Notes under the pieces: generated by a model
Database searches by the model: none
The model's input: the letters and a program-made list of their open reading frames with translations, nothing else
What the model was told of the DNA's origin: nothing
IMG/VR virus record: IMGVR_UViG_3300020045_001604
Span: 9,788 to 73,787 of that record
Direction: 5' to 3' (one strand)
Length of the DNA stretch: 64,000 nucleotides
Source: a virus
Taxonomy: Duplodnaviria > Caudoviricetes
Program-made: the position numbers and the translations under genes
Part shown: piece after piece, positions 15,002-23,025 of the stretch
Numbering within the stretch: position 1 is the first letter of the stretch
How the letters are laid out: each line of letters opens with the position of its first letter

Positions 15002-15141
15002 GAAGAGGTGGCGGAAAAGGAAGACGCTAAATACTTAATATGATTTAACTTATGGAGTTAAGTATAAAAAATCCAATCATTGTAAATTCGTTTAAAATTT
15101 TGATAAAAATCATAGTGCAGGTTCGAGTCCTGCCCTCTTCA
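15002..15141 (+). ncRNA. Leu-like tRNA mimic with an 88-nt AU-rich insert replacing the anticodon and variable arms
   Basis: GAAGAGG/CCTCTTC acceptor plus A73, TGGCGGAAAAGGAAGACGC Leu-type D-arm, GCAGG-TTCGAGT-CCTGC T-arm. Confidence 0.75.
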
Positions 15142-15164
15142 CTAACCTTAAATTAATTAATAAC

Positions 15165-15437
15165 ATGAGAGTAATTATCACACAAGGCGACTACGGATTC
15201 GGTCGCAACTGGACGCTAGAGTACAACAAAAAACAATTCTTCCTAGGCCAAGACGTAAAGTTCTGTCAAAGGGTTTTAGGTATAGGGCCTAGAGTAATCA
15301 TTGATGTAATTGGAACGGCAGAGATTGACAACAACACAATAGGCAACAAGAAACTGGCCAAGTTTATTGTAAGCCAACTGGGGTTGACGCGACAAAATGT
15401 AAAACAACTTAATACTTGGGAACTATGTGCACAATAG
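15165..15437 (+). CDS. Hypothetical protein
   Basis: ORF track; follows the tRNA-like element. Confidence 0.75.
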   Translation: MRVIITQGDYGFGRNWTLEYNKKQFFLGQDVKFCQRVLGIGPRVIIDVIGTAEIDNNTIGNKKLAKFIVSQLGLTRQNVKQLNTWELCAQ

Positions 15438-15832
15438 CAGACAACAACAAACTTATAGCCGAGTTTATCGGTTACCCATCAAAAAGCATAGACTCAATAG
15501 AAGCTACGCTAATAGAGAACTCCTATCATTGGTACTCGGGACGGAAAAAATTCTACTATATAAGTGGAGACTATCACGCAGAAGACTACTTGCTATTCCA
15601 TTTAGATTGGAACTGGTTAATGAGTGTAGTAGATAGGATAGAGTCTATGTCTTATGCAAAGGGAAGACGATACTACCTATCAGTAGACAAGTCACACGTA
15701 CAGATAAGGATAGATAGAATGAACTACCAACCTTATAGCAAGTGGGGTTTAAGTAACGACAAATTAAAAGCAACATACAAAGCAGTAATCGAATTTATTA
15801 ATTTTTATAACAGACAACAAAATGAAAACTAA
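15425..15832 (+). CDS. Hypothetical protein, recurrent phage family (start likely ATG 15425)
   Basis: NNKLIAEF.G...FH.DWNWLMSVVD.IE...ATYKAVIEFI. Confidence 0.7.
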   Translation: MCTIADNNKLIAEFIGYPSKSIDSIEATLIENSYHWYSGRKKFYYISGDYHAEDYLLFHLDWNWLMSVVDRIESMSYAKGRRYYLSVDKSHVQIRIDRMNYQPYSKWGLSNDKLKATYKAVIEFINFYNRQQNEN

Positions 15833-16052
15833 AAACCCAACGGCATTTCCATTAAAACACGCAGACGACAAGTTCAATCCAGGCATGACACTACGCGACT
15901 ACTTCGCAGGTCAAGTACTAACTGGAATACTATTAGACCATGAGGCTTGGAGCATAGGAACAATATCAAATGATATAGCTATTAGAGCATATCAAATAGC
16001 CGAAGCAATGTTAAAAAGAAGAAAAGAATATGAGTCTGAAGATAACAGATAG
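15822..16052 (+). CDS. Hypothetical protein, recurrent phage family
   Basis: AFP...GMTLRDYFAGQVL...AYQIAEAML. Confidence 0.75.
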   Translation: MKTKNPTAFPLKHADDKFNPGMTLRDYFAGQVLTGILLDHEAWSIGTISNDIAIRAYQIAEAMLKRRKEYESEDNR

Positions 16053-16272
16053 TTGCATTAACTGCGGACTATGCGAGTGGGAGTGTCCCAACAACGCAAT
16101 ATACGAACCAAGTACACAATGGACGTACAAGAACGACAACGTAAAACAAGCGCCGTTATCTGACGATGTATACTACATCGTGGCAGAGAAGTGCACGGAA
16201 TGTGTAGGCTTCCACGACACGCCACAATGCGCAGTCGTATGTCCGTCCAATTGTTGTGTACCTAATAACTAA
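16030..16272 (+). CDS. yfhL: YfhL-family 2[4Fe-4S] ferredoxin (host-derived)
   Basis: ITDSCINCGLCEWECPNNAIYE...YYIVAEKCTECVGFHDTPQCAVVCPSNCCVP. Confidence 0.85.
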   Translation: MSLKITDSCINCGLCEWECPNNAIYEPSTQWTYKNDNVKQAPLSDDVYYIVAEKCTECVGFHDTPQCAVVCPSNCCVPNN

Positions 16273-16365
16273 ACAAATGAAAAAACAGATAGCCTACGTG
16301 GTACTGCTATGGGCAGTATTCTTTACCATGATGGTAGTAGTAGTAAATAAATAAATAAAATAGAC

Positions 16366-16578
16366 ATGGAAAAAATAACACAAGACGGATTTGCGTGGCA
16401 GATCCTAGACAGAAACGATGCAATACAATACTTTCACGATGGCAAGACAATCTTTGCCCTTCGCGATGATGAGAGTGAATCACAGATAGTAACAAGACAA
16501 GACCTTGAAGACGCACTGGACTGGGATGACGTCCAGATTGGAGTAGAGATTGGATTTATAAAAACAAGCAAGATATGA
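16366..16578 (+). CDS. Hypothetical acidic protein
   Basis: ORF track. Confidence 0.7.
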   Translation: MEKITQDGFAWQILDRNDAIQYFHDGKTIFALRDDESESQIVTRQDLEDALDWDDVQIGVEIGFIKTSKI

Positions 16579-16871
16579 GAACACCGATAAAACAAAACGA
16601 GGTTAGGCTGTACCCTAACAGCACAACATGTCCGTACAGATTTAATGTGAGTATCAGTAACGACTGGTTCAATCAAGAATTTGTATACAAGGTATACGAC
16701 AATAAGGTTGTATTTAAGAGACCTACACTAGAATCAAAAAAGTTTCCAACTAGGGCAAGGAAGACTGGTAACTCATGGACATTCTTCCTAACCATACTAG
16801 ACCAAGACAACCTAAGACTAGAGATACAAGACGAAGATATTAACGAAGACGAAGCAATACTATACCTATGA
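16575..16871 (+). CDS. Hypothetical protein
   Basis: ORF track; ATGA coupling. Confidence 0.7.
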   Translation: MRTPIKQNEVRLYPNSTTCPYRFNVSISNDWFNQEFVYKVYDNKVVFKRPTLESKKFPTRARKTGNSWTFFLTILDQDNLRLEIQDEDINEDEAILYL

Positions 16872-17071
16872 ACGAACACCAAATAAAAGCCAGAGAGATT
16901 GTAATTAAGATGCAATTTCAACCGAATCCATTAGCATTTGAACAAGCGAGAATGTGCGCTTTAATAGCAGTTAATGAGATATTAGACGCTATTGATTGGC
17001 ACAATTTTGAATTCCCAAATAAAGAATTTATATATTGGCAAGAAGTTAAACAAGAAATAGAAAAGTTATGA
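16868..17071 (+). CDS. Small protein, family A (KAKEL..CALIA.DE..YWQEVKQEIEKL)
   Basis: Paralogues at 29293 and 29487. Confidence 0.75.
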   Translation: MNEHQIKAREIVIKMQFQPNPLAFEQARMCALIAVNEILDAIDWHNFEFPNKEFIYWQEVKQEIEKL

Positions 17072-17262
17072 AACAAACAGCAGTAGAATGGTTACTTACT
17101 TATTTACCACAAATAGATTATGGTAATGACCCATATTATAGAGATATAATTGAACAAGCCAAAGAAATGGAAAAGCAACAAATTATTGATGCGCACGGTT
17201 CAAAACAATATCATAAATCAATTAATGGAGAACAATACTACAACGAAACATTTAACAAATAA
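17068..17262 (+). CDS. Small protein, family B (QTAVEW..AKEMEKQQIIDA)
   Basis: Paralogue at 18425. Confidence 0.75.
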   Translation: MKQTAVEWLLTYLPQIDYGNDPYYRDIIEQAKEMEKQQIIDAHGSKQYHKSINGEQYYNETFNK

Positions 17263-17266
17263 AATT

Positions 17267-17461
17267 ATGATACAGATACCACTAGCATTAGCCGTAGTAA
17301 TTATTATAGCAATACACACAACACTAACACACTTAATGAATTGGGGAATACGAGAAGCGGAAAAGCAAGGAGATAACAATGCAATAGGGCTTTGTTTATT
17401 CTTTTCATTTTTAGAAATAACCTCAGTAATAGCACTACTATGCAACATGAAGCCAGTATAA
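17267..17461 (+). CDS. Two-TM membrane protein (start likely 17267)
   Basis: MIQIPLALAVVIII...IGLCLFFSFLEITSVIALL. Confidence 0.55.
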   Translation: MIQIPLALAVVIIIAIHTTLTHLMNWGIREAEKQGDNNAIGLCLFFSFLEITSVIALLCNMKPV

Positions 17462-17952
17462 AGATATCCTCTAAGTTAGAGTGTCTCAACAGAGAACTAA
17501 AGAGTCTATACAACGACTTCTTTAACAACAACGGAATAATCGATTCCGATACGGTAGCGACAATGATAGTCAGCACAGAGCGTGAAATAGAAATTTATAA
17601 ATACATTAATAATTTAATAGATGAGAAGAAAAGTAAACATCAAGAACTATCTTGACAGAGAGCGCGAGTACAATAAAAAATTTGGGCAACTAGCTAAGTA
17701 CGAGATGAAGGATAACAATCTAAATTGGGAAGACGCTAAGAGACTAACAAGACAGAACATAATTTTTGCACTAATTAAATACGAAATACAGAATGGCAAC
17801 ATATAAAGAGGCAGTACAGAACAAGCTAGACACTTGGTACAAGACACTGGGACGACAAGAACTTTGTAAACTATACGGGGTAGACGATCCAGATCAGGAA
17901 ATTATTAACTTATGGTATAACATGTCGATCGATGACAAAATAACAATCTACG

Positions 17953-18225
17953 ATGAAATCAACTAAACAAGAAACAATTGAACAAGCATCAGAATACCAC
18001 GCACATAACTATTTTGATATGCACGAAACAAATAACTATAAAGCACTAAAACAGGGGTTTGAAGCAGGTGCTAAATGGCAGCAAGAACAATACAAGAAAA
18101 AGTTTAGTGAGGCAATTGATATTTTTGAATATATTTTAGAGTATGATGATGGAGTTGGTATTGCTTTAGGGTATAATTCAAGGGTAATGATTGAAAGATT
18201 TATAAATCAATTTAAAAACAAATAA
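17953..18225 (+). CDS. Cassette-array hypothetical protein
   Basis: Ends in the junction repeat (QFKNK stop). Confidence 0.7.
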   Translation: MKSTKQETIEQASEYHAHNYFDMHETNNYKALKQGFEAGAKWQQEQYKKKFSEAIDIFEYILEYDDGVGIALGYNSRVMIERFINQFKNK

Positions 18226-18228
18226 GAT

Positions 18229-18411
18229 ATGTTAAAATTAAACACAAAAGTAAAAGTAGAAAATCAACAAACTTCTTTTACGGGTACTATTGAACGTATA
18301 ATGAAATGGGAAAACCCATTTAGTAGAAGCAAAGGTATTGATTATGTCGTAAGAGCAGATGACGACAACGAATTGTACAAATGTGCAGAAGAAGAAGTTT
18401 TAGAAATTTAA
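18229..18411 (+). CDS. Cassette-array protein, SH3-like beta pattern
   Basis: KVKV...FTGTIERI...YVVRADD. Confidence 0.65.
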   Translation: MLKLNTKVKVENQQTSFTGTIERIMKWENPFSRSKGIDYVVRADDDNELYKCAEEEVLEI

Positions 18412-18424
18412 AAAAAAATAAGAT

Positions 18425-18655
18425 ATGACAGCAGTAGAATGGTATTCTCAACAACATTTAAAACTTTTAATCAAGTTAGAAAATAAAGAATTAAGTATCG
18501 GAGAATACGCAGTGCAACACCAAGAAATTTTGCACAAAGCCAAAGAAATGGAAAAGCAACAGATTATTGATGCTTTTAATGAAGGACAAGCCTTGAATGT
18601 AAGAGGTAAATTAATTCAAGGTAAAGAATGGTTTGAACAATTTAAAAACAAATAA
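18425..18655 (+). CDS. Small protein, family B
   Basis: MTAVEWY...AKEMEKQQIIDAF...QFKNK. Confidence 0.75.
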   Translation: MTAVEWYSQQHLKLLIKLENKELSIGEYAVQHQEILHKAKEMEKQQIIDAFNEGQALNVRGKLIQGKEWFEQFKNK

Positions 18656-18658
18656 GAT

Positions 18659-18859
18659 ATGATACATTTACCTTGGATATTATTCTTAATTGGACATATA
18701 GGTTACACTTTATATGTAAAAGACGAAGCGTTTTGGTTTAGAAATACCAATAGTAGGATTAATGATGAATTAATGATGTTAATATTTGGCTTTGTGGCTT
18801 TTGTTGGTATTCTATCGTCAGTTATGGTTTACGGAATAATGTTAATAGAATTAATTTAA
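18659..18859 (+). CDS. Cassette-array membrane protein
   Basis: Two hydrophobic segments. Confidence 0.65.
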   Translation: MIHLPWILFLIGHIGYTLYVKDEAFWFRNTNSRINDELMMLIFGFVAFVGILSSVMVYGIMLIELI

Positions 18860-18872
18860 AAACAAATAAGAT

Positions 18873-19139
18873 ATGGAAACAGAACAATCAAGATTACAAG
18901 AAATAAGAGTAAAATTAGACAATTCAAATTCAAGGTTATATAATTTTTCAAATGACCTTTATTTACAAACTTCAAATTTATGTGGTGAATTTCCAAGACT
19001 TATAAATGAATTGCTGAATGAAGAAGTGAGTGATTTTTATGTAGATATTTTTAACGCTCAAATTAGATTTCAAAAACACATTACTGCTGATATTGAAAAT
19101 ACATTAAGTTATTTAAAATCAGCCACGAATAAGATATGA
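18873..19139 (+). CDS. Cassette-array helical protein
   Basis: ORF track. Confidence 0.65.
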   Translation: METEQSRLQEIRVKLDNSNSRLYNFSNDLYLQTSNLCGEFPRLINELLNEEVSDFYVDIFNAQIRFQKHITADIENTLSYLKSATNKI

Positions 19140-19462
19140 GAAAAACCACAATAGATATACCAATATACTGTTGTAAGTTAAATATCATATTGGATAAAGA
19201 CTTGTCTTATGTTGAAAAGAAATATAAGACAAAGCCTCTATCTAATTTTGGAGCAATTACAATGAGAGCGCCTGATAAATTTAGAGAGTATATTATAGCT
19301 TTTGAATATACTGATGGAACTATAATAGCACACGAAATAGTACATTTAAAAAACTATATCTATCAAGACTGTTCAATGGAAGTAGATAGATATAACGATG
19401 AACCTGAGGCTTATTTAACAGGTTGGCTATTTGACCAAATTAATAATTTTTTAAATAAATAA
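19136..19462 (+). CDS. Zincin-like metallopeptidase-fold protein
   Basis: IAHEIVH plus downstream DEPEAYL. Confidence 0.65.
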   Translation: MRKTTIDIPIYCCKLNIILDKDLSYVEKKYKTKPLSNFGAITMRAPDKFREYIIAFEYTDGTIIAHEIVHLKNYIYQDCSMEVDRYNDEPEAYLTGWLFDQINNFLNK

Positions 19463-19465
19463 CAA

Positions 19466-19660
19466 ATGAAAAAAGTAGTATTGACATTAATAGGATACAC
19501 ATTAGGAGTAGTTCTTACAACTATTGGAATTAAAGGAATGATAGATAATTCAGGCAAACCAATATCATACCCTGAAGAAATACAAATAGCAAAACCAGGA
19601 GATACATTAATTGTATACGCTGTTAAGGATAGTATTTACATTGGATTTAAAAACAAATAA
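19466..19660 (+). CDS. Small membrane-anchored protein
   Basis: N-terminal hydrophobic helix; ends GFKNK. Confidence 0.6.
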   Translation: MKKVVLTLIGYTLGVVLTTIGIKGMIDNSGKPISYPEEIQIAKPGDTLIVYAVKDSIYIGFKNK

Positions 19661-19896
19661 TGAAAGTAATTAACGGAAGATGGGTAAACGATCAAGGAGA
19701 GACCTTGACTACTCCAGACGAGCACAACAAGTTTCAAGAGACATTGATGAGAGTGAAGAGTTTCTCACAAGGCAAACGACTAACTGAAAGAAAGGTTAAC
19801 GTTCTCTTCAAGATTTTAAGTACCAACGACGACATGGACAACGCGTTAACTAGCGTTCTATCTATGGATAATTCACAAATCAAAAGATTATTTTAA
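19660..19896 (+). CDS. Hypothetical protein
   Basis: ORF track. Confidence 0.7.
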   Translation: MKVINGRWVNDQGETLTTPDEHNKFQETLMRVKSFSQGKRLTERKVNVLFKILSTNDDMDNALTSVLSMDNSQIKRLF

Positions 19897-19898
19897 TT

Positions 19899-20402
19899 AT
19901 GTCAAGAATAACAAAAGAAATAGCAACGCAGGTAGCAAGAGATTTGACTACTAAGAAAAGAGAAGAACTAAAAGTTTTAGACACTAAATTCCGTTCAGAA
20001 CTTAAAAGGATGTATGTTGAAGACGTACCTAATGAAATAAAAGAAATTTCAGTAAAATACCGTAAGTATTTTGACTTTAGGAGTAGAATATCATTAAATG
20101 GAGTGAATGGTTTTGGGTATGAATCGTACTCAATAGACGGAGAGGTTGTTGTGCCTAATAGCGGAGCCTATTACACTAATATATCTTCTGATAACGCAAA
20201 AATTTTAAAGAAATTAGAAAATGAATTTCAAGATAAAAAGAAAGAGTTAAATGAATTGGTAAAAGACCTAGAGATTTTACTATATTCTCTACGTACTTAC
20301 GCTAAGGTATCAGAACAATTTCCAGAGGCAATTCCTTTTTTACCTTTCAGAACCACAAGTGCTTTAGCTATTAACATCCAAGACTTAAGAAATAAATTAT
20401 GA
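19899..20402 (+). CDS. Hypothetical protein
   Basis: ORF track. Confidence 0.7.
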   Translation: MSRITKEIATQVARDLTTKKREELKVLDTKFRSELKRMYVEDVPNEIKEISVKYRKYFDFRSRISLNGVNGFGYESYSIDGEVVVPNSGAYYTNISSDNAKILKKLENEFQDKKKELNELVKDLEILLYSLRTYAKVSEQFPEAIPFLPFRTTSALAINIQDLRNKL

Positions 20403-20556
20403 CAGAAGAGCAAAGAGAAGTACTAAGAGACTTAGAAGTAGTAGTAGCAGTACTAGAGGTTAGAGACAACACGTACTGCATTAATAAATTAATGTCGATA
20501 AAAGAAAAACTTAAAAAAGAATGGGAAAAAAATTAGGAATTTATCTTTTATAATTA

Positions 20557-20564
20557 TACATTTG
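20557..20564 (+). promoter_or_regulatory. -7 box TACATTTG upstream of the recombination/replication genes
   Basis: Matches TAnnTTTG. Confidence 0.55.
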
Positions 20565-20568
20565 CCAC

Positions 20569-20946
20569 ATGAAAGAAGAAATTTTTAATCAGGCAAAGAT
20601 GGATTCACTAGCCAAGAGGTTAGTAACTCCAGTATCTGTATCGTATATCTACAAGGGTATAAAGATAGAGAATAGAGAGGGTCATATTGCGATATACAAT
20701 ACTAAAATCCCAGGTGACGAGTACACGGAGATCTCTGAAGATCAGTACGAGGTGTTCTATAACCACGGATTTAGAATGGGTGTATACAACCTATGTATAT
20801 TCAACTACAACTGCTCACTAAATGGTATACAGAATAAAATCAGGACAGAGCTAACTAATCGTAACAATCAGAAGCACTACCACTCGATGAAGTCACACAG
20901 AACGTATATCATGAACAAGTACACAGAAATTTTAAAACTTAAATAA
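20569..20946 (+). CDS. Hypothetical protein
   Basis: ORF track. Confidence 0.7.
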   Translation: MKEEIFNQAKMDSLAKRLVTPVSVSYIYKGIKIENREGHIAIYNTKIPGDEYTEISEDQYEVFYNHGFRMGVYNLCIFNYNCSLNGIQNKIRTELTNRNNQKHYHSMKSHRTYIMNKYTEILKLK

Positions 20947-20947
20947 C

Positions 20948-21196
20948 ATGAAACTAGACGAAGAATACTCAATCAAGTCTGACGGAGTTGGCACCACGCT
21001 ACAACTAGAGACTCCAAGACAGAGAGAAAAAGACGGAAAGACAGTAGACTTTATTTACACAGACAAGTGGTACTATCTTACTGTAGAACAGGCACTTAGA
21101 AAGTACCTCGACCTTAAGTTAGAGAACTGCGAGGACGTAAAGGACTGCCTTACAAGAATAGAAGAAGTGAAACAAATAATATCTAAAATAAAATGA
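20948..21196 (+). CDS. Hypothetical protein
   Basis: ORF track. Confidence 0.7.
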   Translation: MKLDEEYSIKSDGVGTTLQLETPRQREKDGKTVDFIYTDKWYYLTVEQALRKYLDLKLENCEDVKDCLTRIEEVKQIISKIK

Positions 21197-21717
21197 CAAA
21201 CTGGAAAGACGCATTCGACAGCCCATTCATGAGTTCATACGAACTAGACGGGCCAGTACAGCTCACCGTTGAAAGGGTAGAGCAGAAGATGGTACAACTA
21301 ACCAAACAAGAGCTAAAAAACGTAGCCTACTTTAAAGAGGCCAAGCTACCATCTGGACGACCAACCAAGCCAATGATCTTAAACTCAGGTAACTGTAAAA
21401 TGCTACACAACGCGGTTAAGTCTGGTAACGTTGATGCATGGAAGAATATTACAATTGAGTTAAGTGTTAAGCCTAACAAGGGACGTATCGGAGAGGCTCA
21501 GGGACTAGCGATTAATAGGATCATAGCGGTAGGAGAAGGATCCACGCCAGTAAATGCCAAGACGGAACTAACACCAGAGTCACCTAACTGGGCTGGAGTT
21601 ATCGAGTACGTTAAGGCAAACAAGCAACTGGGTCTGGCTAATATTATTAACAACTTGCAGTCTAAGTACACCATCTCTACTGCTACTAAAAAAGAACTAG
21701 GAAATTATGTCGACTAA
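21193..21717 (+). CDS. Hypothetical recombination-module protein
   Basis: W..AF.SPF...LTV..VE...VAYFKE...KPMILN..N; coupled to the exonuclease. Confidence 0.6.
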   Translation: MTNWKDAFDSPFMSSYELDGPVQLTVERVEQKMVQLTKQELKNVAYFKEAKLPSGRPTKPMILNSGNCKMLHNAVKSGNVDAWKNITIELSVKPNKGRIGEAQGLAINRIIAVGEGSTPVNAKTELTPESPNWAGVIEYVKANKQLGLANIINNLQSKYTISTATKKELGNYVD

Positions 21718-22441
21718 CATCATTGAAAAATTACAGAACGATGCGGACTACTACGGTGATTTTGGTAAGCAGTTCTTATCTAACTCAGACATCGGAGACT
21801 TATTAAACAACCCGAAGAATTTTAAAAAGAACACCGAAACCACTAAGGCGATGATCGAGGGTAGCTACTTTCACACTGCCGTACTGGAGCCAGAGAAGTT
21901 AGGAAACTTTAATATCGTAGACGCGTCAAGCCGTAACACGAATATCTATAAGGACGCGGTTAAGGAGTCTGGATCCAACATCCTAATCCTTAGATCTGAA
22001 GTAGATGAGCTTAACAACCTTGTCAATACAATGAAGGGTAACCTTCACTTTTACGACAACATCTATAAGGCTGGAAATCAGTTTGAGGTGCCAAACGTTA
22101 AGGAGATCTACGGAGCCATGTGGAAGGGCAAGGCTGACATTGTGACTGACGAGATGATCATTGACATTAAGACGACGTCAAAGATATCAGAGTTTAGATA
22201 CAGCGCAAAGAAGTACAACTACGATAGTCAGGCGTACCTATACCAAGAGTTCTTTGGTAAGCCGTTAGTGTTCTATGTTATAGACAAGGAAACAGGTATG
22301 CTAGGAGAGTTTACTTGTAGCGACGACTTCTTAGAGTCTGGACGAGTTAAGGTAATCTCGGCGATCGATCAGTACAATAAGTTCTTTGGTAAGGATGCGT
22401 GGGCTGACATAAACAATTATATCATTGAAGAAGAATTATAA
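21707..22441 (+). CDS. PD-(D/E)XK exonuclease, DUF3799/RecE (ExoVIII)-like
   Basis: LSNSDI..LL...G..FHTAVLEPEK...KGKAD...IIDIKTT...Y.YD.QAY.Y. Confidence 0.85.
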   Translation: MSTNIIEKLQNDADYYGDFGKQFLSNSDIGDLLNNPKNFKKNTETTKAMIEGSYFHTAVLEPEKLGNFNIVDASSRNTNIYKDAVKESGSNILILRSEVDELNNLVNTMKGNLHFYDNIYKAGNQFEVPNVKEIYGAMWKGKADIVTDEMIIDIKTTSKISEFRYSAKKYNYDSQAYLYQEFFGKPLVFYVIDKETGMLGEFTCSDDFLESGRVKVISAIDQYNKFFGKDAWADINNYIIEEEL

Positions 22442-22460
22442 ACAATTGAATTAAATCAAC

Positions 22461-22655
22461 ATGAGTACATTTTTAGAAAGATTAGAACAAGAAAAAAAAG
22501 ACTTAATTGACAAATCGGTTCTTTTAAATAAATTTATGAAAACAGAAGATTTTTATAATTTATCTGATGCAAACCAATATTTACTAAGAGAACAATTAGA
22601 GTTAATGTTAAGGTATTCAAGTATTTTAAACATTAGAATAGAATTAAATAAATAA
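22461..22655 (+). CDS. crAss001_48-related small helical protein
   Basis: FLERL.QE..DL..K...L.KF...F..L...Q.LL..QL..M..Y..IL..RI. Confidence 0.6.
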   Translation: MSTFLERLEQEKKDLIDKSVLLNKFMKTEDFYNLSDANQYLLREQLELMLRYSSILNIRIELNK

Positions 22656-22670
22656 TTAAATTAAATAAAC

Positions 22671-22961
22671 ATGGAAGTAAAAGGAAAAATCAAGTTCATC
22701 GGATCAACACAACAAGTATCTGAAAAGTTTTCAAAAAGAGAAATCGTAGTATCAACTGACGAGCAGTACCCACAACACATCAGCATAGAGTTCAATCAGG
22801 ACAAGTGCGCGATACTAGACAAGTATAACGTTGGAGAGAATGTAGAGGTTGGCATCAACTTGCGCGGTAGAGAGTGGACTGATCCACAAGGATTAATTAA
22901 ATACTTCAACAGCATCCAAGGATGGAATATTAAGAAGGAAGCGACTAACGACATCCCTTAA
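22671..22961 (+). CDS. DUF3127-family single-stranded DNA-binding protein
   Basis: MEVKGKI...QVSEKFSKRE.VV.T.EQYPQ.I..EF.QDKC...INLRGREW...YFNSIQGW.I. Confidence 0.85.
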   Translation: MEVKGKIKFIGSTQQVSEKFSKREIVVSTDEQYPQHISIEFNQDKCAILDKYNVGENVEVGINLRGREWTDPQGLIKYFNSIQGWNIKKEATNDIP

Positions 22962-22982
22962 TTAGACGTATCACACTCATCA

Positions 22983-23008
22983 GGCCTCGAGTGTTTCGGG
23001 GCCTTTTT
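22983..23008 (+). terminator. Intrinsic terminator after SSB
   Basis: ggcctcga-gtgtt-tcggggcc then TTTTT. Confidence 0.65.
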
Positions 23009-23025
23009 AATTTAAATTTTAATCA

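Larger units (their letters stand above)
18208..18875 (+). repeat. Dispersed 23-24 nt junction repeat (C)AATTTAAAAACAAATAAGATATG
   Basis: Copies at 18208-18231, 18638-18661 (identical), 18853-18875, 18405-18427 (1 mismatch); partial at 19128, about 19645 and about 32871. Confidence 0.85.

Noticed and set aside
15029-15116. Group I intron in a tRNA-Leu anticodon loop
   Set aside because: 88 nt is far too short, P/Q/R/S elements are absent, and no anticodon stem halves flank the insert
18208-18875. Junction repeats as a CRISPR array
   Set aside because: Intervals are 200-400 nt protein-coding ORFs of unequal length; no cas genes or leader
22977-22983. CTGATGA on the minus strand as a fourth hammerhead
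   Set aside because: No stem II/GAAA or GUH arrangement follows; the adjacent hairpin is better explained as the + strand terminator. In-gene CTGACGA hits near 16160, 22145, 22755 and 24160 also lack the fold
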